Assembly: GCF_963921235.1 (NCBI RefSeq)
Contig: NC_086100.1
Coordinates: 202,184,001-202,248,000, forward strand
Direction of reading: 5' to 3'
Length of the DNA: 64,000 nt
Source of the DNA: Mobula hypostoma
Taxonomy: Eukaryota
Both the position numbers and the translations under genes were made by a program. The notes under the pieces are model-generated. The model saw only the letters and a program-made list of their open reading frames with translations, had not been told where the DNA came from and made no database searches. Positions 39,400 to 52,400 of the stretch are shown here, in pieces (positions within the stretch are counted from its first letter, which is position 1; every line of letters starts with the position of its first letter).

Positions 39400-40920
39400 G
39401 ATAAAATAAGTCAAAGTCAGGATGGCCTTTTAGAGCAGCTCATGGTTGAGCCCACTAGTGGATCAGCCATTCTGGATTGGATGTTGCACAATGAACCAGA
39501 ATTGATTATAGAGCTTAAGGTAAAAGAACCCTTAGAGGAAGTGATCATAATATGATCAAATTCACCCTGACATTTGAGAAGGAGAAGCTAAAGTCAGAAG
39601 TATTAGTATGATAGTGGAGTAAAGAGAGTAACAGAGGCATGAGAGAGGAGTTGATCAGAATTGATTGGAAAAGAACACTGGCAGGGATGATGGCAGAGCG
39701 GCAATGGCTGGAATTTCTGGAAGCATTTCGGAAGGCAGAGGGTATGTACATCCCAAAGAGGAAGAACTATTCTGAAGGCAAGATGACACAACCATAGCTA
39801 ATAAACGATGTCAAAGCCAACATAAACGCCAAAGAGAGGTCTTGTATAATACAGCAAAATTAGAGGGAAGTTGGAGGATTGGGAAGCTTTTAAAAACCCA
39901 TCAGAAAGAACTAAAAAGTCATTAAGGTAAAGATGGAAACAAAAGTAAGCTAGCCAATATTGAAGAGAATACCAAAAGCTTCTTCAGATACATTAAGTGT
40001 AAAAGAGAGATGAGAGTGGATATCAGACTGCTGGAAAATGATGCTGGAGAGGTAGTAATGGGGGACAACAAAATGGCAGAAGTATGAATAGGTATTTTGC
40101 ATCAGTCTTCACTATGGAAGACACTAGCAGTATGGTGGAAGTGTATGAAGTTACCAGAGAGAAGATAAGTCACCTGGACCAGATGGTGCACAGCCCAGGG
40201 TTCTGAAAGAGGTGGCTGAAGAGATAGTGAAGGCATTAATAATGATCTTTCAAGAATCACTAGATTCTGGAATGTTTCCAGAAGACTGGAAAATTGCAAA
40301 TGTCACTCCACTCTTCAAGAAGGGGAGAGGCAGAAGAAAGGAAACTATAGGCCAGTTAGTCTGACCTCATGGTTGTAGTTAGCATGGTTTCCTCAAGGGA
40401 AAATCTTGCCTGACAAATCTGTTGGAATTCTTTGAAGAAGTAACAAGCAGGATAGACAATGAGAATCGGTTGATGTTGTGTACTTGAATTTTCAGAAGGC
40501 AAAGTGCCACACATGAGGCTGCTTAACAAGCTATGCATTTATGGTATTACAGGAAAGACTCCAGCATGGATACAACAGTGGCTGACTGGCCTGAGGCAAA
40601 GAGTGGAAATAAAGGGAGCCTTTTCTGGCTGGCTGCCGGTGACTAGTGGTGTTCCACAGGGGTTTGTGTTGGGACCGATTCTTTTCACATTGTGCAGGAT
40701 TTCCTAAAGGTTAATTTGTAGGTTGAGTCTGTAGTGAGGAAGGCAAAAGCAATAGAATTCAAATGGGTGGCCAGTGGGAATGGGAAGTGGGATTCAAATG
40801 GGTGGCCAAAGGGAGTGGGAAGTGGGATTCAAATGGGGTTGAGAGAGGGATAATAAATCAGACACGATGGAATGGCGGAGCAGACCCAATGGGCCAGGTG
40901 GCCTAATTCTGTTCCTATCA
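39400..40920 (+). mobile_element. Decayed CR1 ORF2
   Basis: PHMRLLNKL..GVPQGFVLGP and a CR1-type linker region. Confidence 0.78.
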
Positions 40921-40921
40921 T

Positions 40922-41122
40922 CATACATCAAAGTTGCTGGTGAACGCAGCAGGCCAGGCAGCATCTATAGGAAGAGGCGCAGTCGACGTTAGTCCTGACG
41001 AAGGGTCTCGGCCTGAAACGTCGACTGCGCCTCTTCCTATAGATGCTGCCTGGCCTGCTGCGTTCACCAGCAACTTTGATGTATGTTGCTTGAATTTCCA
41101 GCATCTGCAGAATTCCTGTTGT
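40922..41122 (+). mobile_element. Penelope-like pseudo-LTR end with perfect 69-bp inverted repeat
   Basis: Arms 40922-40990 and 41017-41085 are exact reverse complements. Same sequence family as 41820-42065 and 57119-57950. Confidence 0.82.
40991..41026 (+). ncRNA. Minimal type I hammerhead ribozyme (Penelope-type), intact core
   Basis: AGUC-CUGACGA-AGGGUCUCGGCCU-GAAA-C-GUC^GACU. Helix I AGUC/GACU, conserved CUGANGA and GAAA boxes, GUC cleavage triplet, loopless helix III. Confidence 0.8.
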
Positions 41123-41302
41123 TTCTGTTGCTATCATGGTGCCAATGCATAGACAGACTCCTGCAGTATGTCCTGTCACAATACCTGGCCATGCCCAGAC
41201 AGCCTTTGCCCTCTAACTGTGTGTCTCCCTCCTGCCTCTTCACACAGGCCCACCTGAGCTGAGGGAAAAACTGATCTTGGTGATACAGATACTTCAGGGT
41301 CT

Positions 41303-41730
41303 TCTAGTCATAGTCATAGTCATACTTTATTGATCTCGGGGGAAATTGGTTTTCGTTACAGTTGCACCATAAATAACTAAATAGTACTAGAACCATAAAT
41401 AGTTAAATAGTAATATGTAAATTATGCCAGTAAATTATGAAATAAGTCCAGGACCAGCCTGTTGGCTCAGGGTGTCTGACCCTCCAAGGGAGGAGTTGTA
41501 AAGTTTGATGGCCACAGGCAGGAATGACTTCCTACGACGCTCTGTGTTGCATCTCGGTGGAATGAGGCTCTGGCTGAATGTACTCCTGTGCCCACCCAGT
41601 ACATTATGTAGTGGATGGGAGACATTGTCCAAGATGGCATGCAACTTAGACAGCATCCTCTTTTCAGACACCACCGTGAGAGAGTCCATTTCCATCCCCA
41701 CAACATCACTGGCCTTATGAATGAGTTTAA
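41303..41730 (-). mobile_element. Rex1/Babar-like 3' fragment
   Basis: HPLH..PRCNTERRRKSFLPVAIKLYN with a (gactat)n tail. Confidence 0.7.
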
Positions 41731-41819
41731 TAAGTAGTGCTTAGTATGAGGAAATTATAGCTTGGGGCATCTGAGTTCAAATACACCGGAGAAGGAAAAG
41801 GGAGAGAGGGTGAAAAAAC

Positions 41820-42065
41820 CCTCCTGTCCCATGATCCTCTCATACCCCCTTTGCCAATCACCTGTCCAGCTCTTGGCTCCATCCCTCTCCCTCCTGTCTT
41901 CTCCTATCACTTTGGATCTCCCCCTTCCCCCTCCCACTTTCAAATCTCTTACTAACTCTTCCTTCAGTTAGTCCTGACGAAGGGTCTCGGCCTGAAACAT
42001 CGACTGTACCTCTTCCTACAGATGCTGCCTGGCCTGCTGCGTTCACCAGCAACTTTGATGTGTGT
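41820..42065 (+). mobile_element. Penelope-like pseudo-LTR with hammerhead motif at 41970-42005
   Basis: agtc-ctgacga-agggtctcggcct-gaaa-catc-gact, preceded by a pyrimidine-rich pLTR body. Confidence 0.78.
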
Positions 42066-43032
42066 TGTTTGTTCTCCTTGCGTGCGCATGGATTTCCTCC
42101 AGGTGCTCCTGTTTCCTCCCACAGTCCAAAGCTGTACCAGTTAGCAGGTTAGTTGGTCTTTGTAAATTGTCCCGTGATTAGGCTAGGGTTGCTGGGTAGC
42201 ATGGTAGCAATGCCAGTTCCACACTGTACCTCTAAATAAGTAAAGACCTTGAATGGCCTTTTGTGATCCCCGTTCTGGCCCTGTGATTGGCCTCTGGTGA
42301 TCCCTGTTCCAGCCCATTGAACAATTGCTAGTGACCACCGTTCTGAAGGCCTCTGGTGACCACCATTCTGACCCGGTGTATAGTCGCTGGTGACCATGTT
42401 CCGGCCCAGTGTTCCATAATTGCAGGTTTTTTTCTGGAATTTCACATGTAATGCCTGTGTGCCCACACTGACTCTCCCCCACACATTCCTGGGATGACTG
42501 ATGTGCCCTTGTGTTCACCACACCCCCACAGTAGATTCACCCTCCCTTCAGATCTGAATGGAACCCTTGTGATGAAAGGTCGTAGAGGCAGTTTGAACTT
42601 GCAACCCTGCTCACCGATCTGCTGGAAGCCTTGCTATTCATTTCCCACGCCGGTCTGAGGGTGACTGATAGACTGGAAAGGGTTGGGTTGGGCGAAGGAC
42701 ATAATGGATACTGCACGCGAATCAACATAGTCTCTGCTTTAGGAACGCGGCCGTGACCAAAACGTCAAGAGCTCTCCCCCCCCCAGCCCCAAAGATACTG
42801 CTTGAGGTTCCCCAGCAGGGGGAGGGAGTCCGTGTGGGAGAGGAACAAGGGACTGAGTGCCCTTTACTCTTTACCTGTGCTTCATCACTCAGGCACCTGG
42901 GCTGGTATGTCACAGTGGTACGGGACAGGCTGGTATGTCACAGTGGTACGGGACAGGCTGGTGAAGTGGCACATGGAGTGACGGGTAGGGTTTCGGTCAC
43001 CCTGATAGGAAGAAAGTCAATAAGCTTGAAAA

Positions 43033-43278
43033 CTTTCCAACTGTGATAAGACTGCTGAACGGATCCTGACCCGGATCTGGGCCGTACCCTCCAAATATCC
43101 GGACCTGCCTCTCCGTTTTTTTTGCACTACCTTACTTTCCCTTTTCTATTTATGATTTATAATTTAAATTTTTTAATATTTACTATCAATTTGTACTCCA
43201 GGGAGTGCGAAGCACAGAATCAAATATTGCTGTGATGATTGTACGCCCTAGTATCAATTGTTTGGCGATAATAAAGTG
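43033..43278 (+). mobile_element. Rex1/Babar-like 3'UTR fragment
   Basis: Closely matches 3952-4200. Confidence 0.75.
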
Positions 43279-44089
43279 AAGCGCAGAACCTTTTACGAGA
43301 TTGTGTCAGGACTTGAGGGTTTACATTGTATTTCGTATCTTGGATCAAAGGAAACTGAGAGGTGGTTTTACAGAGAAGAATAGACGGGAGAAAACACAGA
43401 GACTTTATTCAATAACTGGGGAATCGAGAATTAGGGGCGACGGGTTTACACCCCCCATCCACACACAATCATTCCCCCCAATCCACTGACACTTGATGGG
43501 TGGTGGGGGCCTGAGGGGAGCTGACAGATGGGCAGTTCCACCCCACCACACCTCACAGAGACAGGCAGAATGGACCCAGACAGGGGGCAGAGTTGTTTGC
43601 ACAGGGAGAACAGGAGTGTTGGTGCAGGGGAACAGTGTGAGGACGAGCCTCTGATGTGATTGTTACAGTCGGGGGGGGTGATGGCAAGTGAGAACTGTGT
43701 GAGGACGAGTCCCTGATGTGATGGTTTACGGGGGGGGGGGGGGGCGATGGCGTAAATCCACCCCCCCCCGTAAATCACGCTGCCTCACTCCCGTAACCTG
43801 ACCTTACTACACTAAGGTAGAGTCCTGTCAAGCTGTCGATAACACGAGCCATAGCCCAATAAAGCCACCCGCTACATGGGGGCAGAGTCCTGTAACAGGT
43901 CACTCGTTTCGGTGTGTATTCGTTTGGAATTTTCTCCTATATCAATATCACACTGCACTGATTGAGTCCTGGGAATCCAGCTCACTGGACTGACCTGCCA
44001 AAACAGGCTCCAAAGACCGGAATCCTGACCAGTAACGGTGTTCCAATGTACAAAGGTACAGGCTGTCAGGTACGGTATTCTTTTTATTT

Positions 44090-44330
44090 AGATACAATAC
44101 AGTAACAGGCCTTCCGGCCCAATCAACCTGCACTGCCCAGTTCCAACCGTGTGACCAATTAGCCTATAAAGCGGTACGTCTTCGACTGTGGGAGGAAACC
44201 AGAGCACCCGGAGGAAACCCCCGCAGGAATGGACAGATTCCTTACAGACAGCAATGGGGATTGAATCCAGGGCACTGGGGCTGCAATAGCAGGACACTAA
44301 CCGCAGCGCTTGCATGCCCCAATGCATTCG
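44090..44330 (-). mobile_element. V-SINE/HE1-like SINE (other copies at ~26875-27120 +, ~38700-38830 -, ~42068-42200 +)
   Basis: Reverse complement contains gggtttcctccgggtgctctggtttcctcccacagtc, matching the V-SINE core as I recall it. Confidence 0.68.
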
Positions 44331-44393
44331 TGTGCTCCAGTAGTATTCAGTCTACCTGGCCGACGTACAGTGTTGTAAAGGAGAGAGCCCTAC

Positions 44394-44589
44394 CTGAGCC
44401 CCACAGCATCTGGCACTGCTCCTGGTGGGACTGGCACATTCCGTTGTAACAGTAGGCGTGGCCGTTCTCGCAGCTGGAGCCGTCTGCTCGGTAAACGTTG
44501 GAAGGACAGAATGCCGAAGCTCCCGTGCAGTATTCGGGGAGGTCACACGATCCAGCAGCCCTGCGGCAAACCGTCCCCGCTGACTTTAA
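44394..44589 (-). CDS. ADAM33: ADAM33/ADAM13-like exon (196 nt): end of disintegrin domain and start of Cys-rich domain
   Basis: Translates LKSAGTVCRRAAGSCDLPEYCTGASAFCPSNVYRADGSSCENGHAYCYNGMCQSHQEQCQMLWGS with the disintegrin-loop CDLPEYC motif. Acceptor tttcag|TTA, donor CAG|gtaggg, phase 0 to 1. ADAM33 versus ADAM12/19 is from recalled similarity, not a search. Confidence 0.93.
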
Positions 44590-44889
44590 CTGAAATATTT
44601 GATTAGAAGTTACTTGCAACGTTCCCCCTTAATCAGCACATTATAACAGTGGAAAAATCTCACATCACAAGCTGCCATACAATTCCCTGCCCCACCCTGG
44701 GATCGCATCAGGGTAACGCAGTACAGTTCCCTGAAAATGCCATCACAAATGGGCAGAGCGACGTGGAAGCTGTTCGGCCTTCGTCAGTCAGCCTACTGAG
44801 TACAGAGACACACACAAAATGCTGGAGGAACTCAGCAGGCCAGGTCAGGTGTTGCATCTCAGTAGCACCAACCAGGGTAGGTCTTACAC

Positions 44890-47800
44890 AGTGAACAGTA
44901 GGGCTTTGAAGAGTGTGGTAGAACACAGGGATCTGGGAATACAGGTACATAATTCATTCTAAGTGGCGTCACAGGCAGAAAGGGTCGTAAGGAGAGCTTT
45001 TGGCACATTGGCCTTCATAAATCAATGTATTGACTACAGGAGATGGAATGTTATTTTGAAGTTGTATAAGACTTTTGGTGAGGCCTAATTTGGGGTATTG
45101 TATGCAGTTTTGGTCATCTACCTACAGGGAAGATATAAACAAGGTTGAAAAAGTACAGAGAAACGTTTATAAGGATGTTGCCGGTCTGAAGGACCTGAGT
45201 TATATGGAAAGAATGAATAGGTTAGGACTTTATTCCTTGGAATATAGAAGATTGAGGGGAGATTTGACAGAGGTCTACAAAATTACGAGGGGTTAAGATG
45301 GGGTAAATGCAAGCAGGCTTTTTTCATTGAGGTTGAGAAGGCATGGATTAGACCATAAGGTATAGGAACAGAATTAGGCGATTCTCACCATATCCTTTGA
45401 TGCCCTAACCGATCAGGAAATGATCAACTTCCACCTTAAATGCACCCACAGACTTGGCATCCACAGCAGTCTGTGACAGATTCACCACTCTGTCTAACAA
45501 AAAATCCTCCTTACCTCTGTTCTAAAGGGTAGCCCCTCAATTTATGTAGATAAGCCTACAAGAGGACAGGCTGTACTTGATCTGGTATTGGGAAATGGAC
45601 CTTGTCAGGTCTCTCAGTGGGAGAGCATTTTGGAGATAGTGGTCATAATTTATCTCCTTTACCACAGCACTGGAAAGGGATAGGAAGAGACAAGTTAAGG
45701 AAATGTTTAATTGGAGTAAGGGGAAATATGAGGCTATCAAGAAGGAAGTTGGAAGCATAAATTGGAAACAGATGTGCTCAGGGAAATGTAGAGAAGAAAT
45801 GTGACAAATGTTCAGGGGATATTTGTGTGGGGTTCTGCATAGGTACATTCCAATGAGACAGGGAAAGGATGGTAGGGTACAGGAACCATGGTGTACAAAG
45901 GCTGTTGTAAATCTAGTCAAGAAGAAAAGAGGAGTTTACGAAAGGTTCAAAAAACTAGATAATGATAGAGATCTAGAAGATTATAAGGCTAGCAGGAAGG
46001 AGCTTGAGAATGAAACTAGGAGAGCCAAAAGGGGCCATGAGAAGGCCATGGTGGACAGGATTAAGGAAAACCACAAGGCATTCTACGTGTATGTTAAGAA
46101 CAAGAGGATAAGACGTGAGAAAATAGGACCAATCAACTGTGACAGTGGAAAAGTGTGTATGGAACCGGAGGAGATAGCAGAGGTACTTAATGAATACTTT
46201 GCTTCAGTATTCACTAGGGAAAAGGATCTTGGTGATTGTAAGGATGACTTACAGCGGACTGAAAAGCTTGAGCATGTAGATATTAAGGAAAAGGATGTGT
46301 TGGAGCTTTTGGAAAGCATCAGGTTGGATAAGTCACCAGGACCGGATGAGATGTACCCTAGGCTACCGTGGGAAGCGAGGGAGGAGACTGCTGAGCCTCT
46401 GGCAATGATCTTTGCATCATCAATGGGGACGGGAGAGGTTCCAGAGGATTAGAGGGTTGTGGATGTTGTTCCCTTATTCAAGAAAGGGAGTAGAGATAGG
46501 CCAGGAAATTATAGGCCAGCGAGTCTTACTTCAGTGGTTGGTAAGTTGATGGAGAAGATCCTGAGAGGCAGGATATATGAACATTTGGAGAGGCATAATA
46601 TGATTAGGAATAGTCAGCATGGCTTTGTCAAAGGCAGATCGTGCCTTACGAGCCTGACTAAATTTTTTGAGGATGTGACTAAACACATTGATGAAGGTAG
46701 ACCAGTAGATGTAGTGTATATGGATTTCAACACAGCATTTGATAAGGTACCCCATGCAAGGATTATTGAGAAAGTAAAGAGGAATGGGATCCAAGGGGAC
46801 CTTGCTTTGTGGATCCAGAACTGGCTTTATAAATGACCTGAACGAGGAAATGGAGGGATGGGTTAGTAAATTTGCTGATGACACAGAGGTTGGGGTGTTG
46901 TGGATAGTGTGGAGGGCTGTCAAAGGTTACAGCGGGACATTGATAGGATGCAAAACTGGGCTGAGATGTGGCAGATGGAGTTCAACCCAGATAAGTGTGA
47001 GGTGGTTTGTTTTGGTAAGTCAAATATGATGGCAGAATATAGTATTAATGGTCAGACTCTTGGCAGTGTGGAGGATCAGAGGGATCTTGGGGTCCGAGTC
47101 CACAGGACACTCAAAGCCGCTATGCAGATAGACTCTGTGGTTAAGAAGACATACAGTGCATTGACCTTCACCAATCTTGGGATTGAGTTCAGGAGCCAAG
47201 AGGTAATGTTGCAGTTATATAGGACCTGGTCAGATCCCACTTGGAGTACTGTGCTCAATTCTGGTCATCTCACTACAGGAAGGATGTGGAAACCATAGAA
47301 AGGGTGCAGAGGAGATTTCCAAGGATGTTGCCTGGATTGGGGAGCATGCCTTATGAGAATAGGTTGAGTGAACTCGGCCTTTTCTCCTTAGAGCGACGGA
47401 GGATGACAGGTGACCTGATGGAGGTGTATAAGATGATGAGAGGCATTGATCGTGTGGATAGTCAGAGGCTTTTTCCCAGGGCTGAAATGGCTGCCACAAG
47501 CAGGCATAGTTTTAAGGTGCTTGGAAGCAGGTACAGAGGAGATATCAGGGGTAGGTTTTTTCCGCAGAGAGCGGTGAGTGCATGGAATGGGCTGTCTGCG
47601 GCAGTGGTGGAGGTGGAAACGATAGGGTCTTTTAAGAGGCTCCTGGATAGGTACATGGAGCTTAGAAAAATAGAGGGTTATGGGTAAGCCTCAGTAATTT
47701 CTAAGGTAGGGACACATTCGGCACAGCTTTGTGGGCCGAAGGGCCTGTAGAGTGCTGTACGTTTTTATATGTTTCTATTCAGCCCATCTCGTCTTCTCCG

Positions 47801-48705
47801 CCATTCCATCATGGCTGAATCCAGATTCCCACTCAACCCCACACACCTGCCTTCTCACCATATCCTTTGATGCCCTGACCAATCAGGAAACGATCAACTT
47901 ACACCTTAAACATACCCATGGACTTGGCATCCACTGCAGTCTGTGCCAGAGCAATCTACAGATTCACTACTCTCTGTCCAACAAAAACTTCTCCTTACCT
48001 CTGTTCTAAAGGATGGCCCCTCAGCTTTGAGGCTGTGCCCTCCACTTCAGGATACCCCCACCATATGAAACATCCTTTCTACAACCATCTCATCTAGTTC
48101 TTTCAATATTCGATAGGTTTTAATGAGGTCCCCCAGCATTATTCTAAATTCCAGTGAGTACAGGCCCAAAGCCGCCAAACACTCAAATATTAACTCCTTC
48201 ATTCCTGGAATCATTCTCATGAGCCACCTCTGAATGTTCTCCAATGACAGCACATCCTTTCTGAGATATGAGGCCCAAAACTGTCGACAATACTCCAAGA
48301 GCGACCTGACTAGTGTCTTATAAAATTCAGCATTATCTCCTTGATTTTACATTCTATTCCCTTTGAAATAAATGCCAACATTGCATTTGCCTTCTTTACC
48401 ACAGACTCAACCTTTAAATTAACCTTCTGGGAGTCTTGCAGGAGGACCCCCAAGTCCATTTGCACCTCTGATGTTTGAAACCTCTCCCCATTTAGATAAT
48501 AGTCCGCACTATTGTTCCTTTTACCAAAATGCATTATCGTACATTTCCCAACACTGTATTCCATCTGACACTTCTTTGCCCATTTCTCCAATTTGTCCAA
48601 GTCCTGCTGCAATCACATTGAGTCCTCAGCTCTACCTACCCCTCCACCTATCTTCATATCATCCGCAAACTTTGCCACAAAACCATCAATTACATTATCT
48701 AAATC
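44890..48705. mobile_element. CR1 cluster, main copy 45540-47780 on the + strand
   Basis: [44 protein letters not shown]. Confidence 0.88.
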
Positions 48706-48706
48706 A

Positions 48707-49490
48707 TTGAATTGAATTGACTTTATTTCTTACATCCTTCACATACCTGAAGAGTAAAAATCTTTACGTTACGTCTCCGTCTAAATGTGCAATTATAGTA
48801 ATTTGTAATAAATAGTATGTACAACAGGAGTCAATATAGCATAGAAATACAATTGTATCAGCATATATTAATCAGTCTGGTGGCCTGGTGGAAGAAGCTG
48901 TCCCGGAGCCTGCTGGTTCTGGCTTTTATGCTGCGGTACCATTTCCCGGATGGTAGCAGCCGGAATAGATTGTGGTTGGGACGGCTTGAGTCCCCAATGA
49001 TCCTATGGGCCCTTTTTACACACCTGTCTTTGTAAATGTCCTGAATAGTGGGAAGTTCACAACTACAGATGCGCTGGGCTGTCCGCACCACTCTCAGCAG
49101 AGTCCTGCGATTGAGGGAGGCACAGTTCCCAGACCAGGCAGTGATGCAGCCAGTCAGGATGCTCTCAATTGTGCCCCTGTAGAAAGTTCTTAGGATTTGG
49201 GGGCTCATACCAAACTTCACCACACAGCCGGTACGTACAGACAACGTGAGGTCCTCAGTGATGTGGATGCCGAGGAAACTAAAACTGTTCACCCTTTCAA
49301 CCCCAGATCCATTGGTGTCAATAGGGGCTAGCCCATCTCCATTCCTCCTGTAGTCCACATCCAGCTCCTTTGTTTTTGCAACATTGAGGGAGAGGCTGTT
49401 TTGTTAACACCACTGTGTCAGAGAGATGACTTCTTCCCTGTAGGCCACCTCATTATTATTTGAGATTAGGCCAATCAATGTGAAAAACAA
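48707..49490 (-). mobile_element. Rex1/Babar-like 3' fragment
   Basis: FLGIHITEDL, FYRGTIESILTGCITAW, LLPSGK.YRSIKART.RLRDSFF with a (caatt)n tail. Confidence 0.8.
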
Positions 49491-52400
49491 TGACAAAGAA
49501 TGTGATCCCAAGAGTAGTGGTCCCAATACTGACCCCTGAGGAACACCACTAGTCACTGGCAGCCAACCAGAAAAGGCCCCTTTTATTCCCACTCACTGCC
49601 TCCTACCTGTCAACCATTACACTATCCATGCCTGTATCTTTCCTGTAACACCATAGGATGTTATCTTGTTAAATGGTCTCACTTAGCACCCTATCAAATG
49701 CCTTCTGAAAATCCAAGTAAATGACATCCACTGTCTCTCCTTTGTCCACCCCGCTTGTTACTTCCTTGAAGAACTGTAAGACCATAGACCATAAGATATA
49801 GGAGCAGAAGTAGGCCATTCGGCCCATCGAGTCTGCTCCTCCATTCAATCATGGCCTGATCCAATTCTTCCAGTCATCCCCACTCCCCTGCCTTCTCTCC
49901 ATACCCTTTGATACCCTGGTTAATCAAGAACCTATCTATCTCTGCCTTAAATACATCCAATGACTTGGCCTCCACAGCCGCTCGTGGCAACAAATGCCAC
50001 AGATTTACCACCCTCTGACTAAAGTAATTTCTCCGCATCTCAGTTCTAAATGGACGTCCTTGAATCCCGAAGTCATACCCTCTTGTCCTAGACTCCCCTA
50101 CCATGGGAAATAACTTCGCCATAAAGCAAAGGAGAGGGTATATAAGGAAGCAAAAATTAGTGGGAAGACAGAGGATTGGGAAGTTTTTAAAAGCCTACAA
50201 AAGGAAACTAAGAAGGTCATTAGGAGGGAAACGATGAACTATGAAAGGAAGCTAGCAAATAATATCAAAGAGGATACTAAAAGCATTTTCAAGTATATAA
50301 AGAGTAAAAGACAGGTGAGAGTAGATATAGGACTGATAGAAAATGATGCTGGAGAAATTGTAATGAGAGATAAGAAGATGGCAGAGGAAATGAACGAGTA
50401 TTTTGCATCGGTCTTCACAGAGGAAGACAACAGCAGTATACCGGACACTCAAGGGTGTCAGGGAAGAGAAGTGTGTGCAGTCACAATTATGACAGAGAAA
50501 GTACTCAGGAAGCTGAATAGTCTAAAGGTAGATAAATCTCCCGGACCAGATGGAATGCACCCGTGTGTTCTGAAGGAAGTAGCTGTTGAGATTGCGGAGG
50601 CATTAGTGATGATCTTTCAAAAGTCAATAAATTCTGGCATGGTTCCAGAGGACTGGAAGATTGCAATTGTCACTCCGCTATTTAAGAAGGGGGCAAGGAA
50701 GCAAAAAGGAAATTATAGACCTGTTAGCTTGACATCAGTGGTTGGGAAGTTGTTGGAGTCAATTGTCAAGGATGAGGTTACGGAGTACCTGGAGGCATAA
50801 GACAAGATAGACAGAACTCAGCATGGTTTCCTTAAAGGAAAATCCTGCCTGACAAACCCATTGCAATTTTTTGAGGAAATTACCAGTCGTCTAGACAAGG
50901 GAGATGCAGTGGATGATGTATATTTGGATTTTCAGAAGGCCTTTGACAAGGTACCATACATGAGGCTACTTAACAAGATAAGAGCCCATGGAATTACGGG
51001 AAAGTTACATACGTGGATAGAGCATTGGCTGATTGGCAGGAAACAGAGAGTGGGAATAAAGGGATCCTATTCTGGTTGGCTGCCGGTTACCATTGTTGTT
51101 CCACAGGGATCAGTGTTGGGGCCGCTTCTTTTTATGTTGTACATCAACGATTTGGATTATGGAATAGATGGCTTTGTGGCTAAGTTTGCTGATGACACAA
51201 AGATAGGTGGAGGGGCCAGTAGTGCTGAGGAAACAGAGAGTCTACAGAGAGACTTGGATAGATTGGAAGAATGGGCAGAGAGGTAGCAAATTAAATACAA
51301 TTTTGAAAAGTGTAAAGCTATGCACTTTGGTAGAAGAAATAAAAGGGCAGACTATTATTTAAATGGGGAAAGAATTCAAAGTTCTGAGATGCAACGGGAC
51401 TTGGGAGTCCTCATGCAGGATACCCTTAAGGTTAACCTCCAGGTTGAGTCGGTGGTGAAGAAGGCGAATGCAATGTTGACATTCATTTCTAGAGGAATAC
51501 AGTATAGGATCAGGGATGTGATGTTGAGGCTCTATAAGGCATGGGTAAGACCCCACTTGGAGTACTGTGTGCAGTTTTGGGCTCCTTATTTAAGAATGGA
51601 TGTGTTGACGTTGGAGAGGGTTCAGAGAAGATTCACTAGAATGATTCCGGGAATGAGAGGGTTAACATATGAGGAACGTTTGTCCATTCTTGGACTGTAT
51701 TCCTTGGAGTTTAGAAGAATGAGGGGAGACCTCATAGAAACATTTCAAATGTTGAAAGGCATGGACAGAGTGGATGTGGCAAAGTTGTTTCCCATGATGG
51801 GGGAGTCTAGTACGAGAGGGCATGACTTAAGGATTGAAGGGCGCCCATTCAAAACAGAGATGGAAAGAATTTTTTTTAGCCAGAGGGTGGTGAATCTGTG
51901 GAATTTGTTGCCACAGGCGGCAGTGGAGGCCAAGTCATTGGGAGTATTTAAGGCAGAGATTGATAGGTATTTGAGTAGCCAGGGCATCAAAGGTTATGGT
52001 GAGAAGGCAGGGGAGTGGGACTAAATGGGAGAATGGATCAGCTCATGATAAAATGGCGGAGCAGACTCGATGGGCCAAATGGCCGACTTCTGCTCTTATG
52101 GTCTTATATCTAATCTGTTCAGGCTTTTTAACATTTGGAATGTTTCTATGAGATCCCCGTCATTCTCCTGAACTCCAGCCGTTCTTCATACAGTAACCCT
52201 TTCATTCCTGGAATCATTCTCGTGAATCTTCTCTGAACCCTCTCCAACATCAGTATATCCTTTCTAAGGAGCCCAAAACTGCACACAATACTCCAAGTGT
52301 GGTCTCACGAGCGCTTTATGGAGCCTCAATATCACATCCCGGCTCTTATATCCTATACCTCTTGAAATGAATGTCAACGTTGCATTCGCCTTCTTCACAA

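Noticed and set aside
44760..44795. Minus-strand ctgacgaaggccgaa as another hammerhead
   Set aside because: No GAAA box and no convincing helix I or II pairing.
50120..52105. CR1 or RTE RT ORFs as domesticated host genes or active elements
   Set aside because: All copies are truncated or carry stops or frameshifts, and none shows splice-site or conservation evidence.
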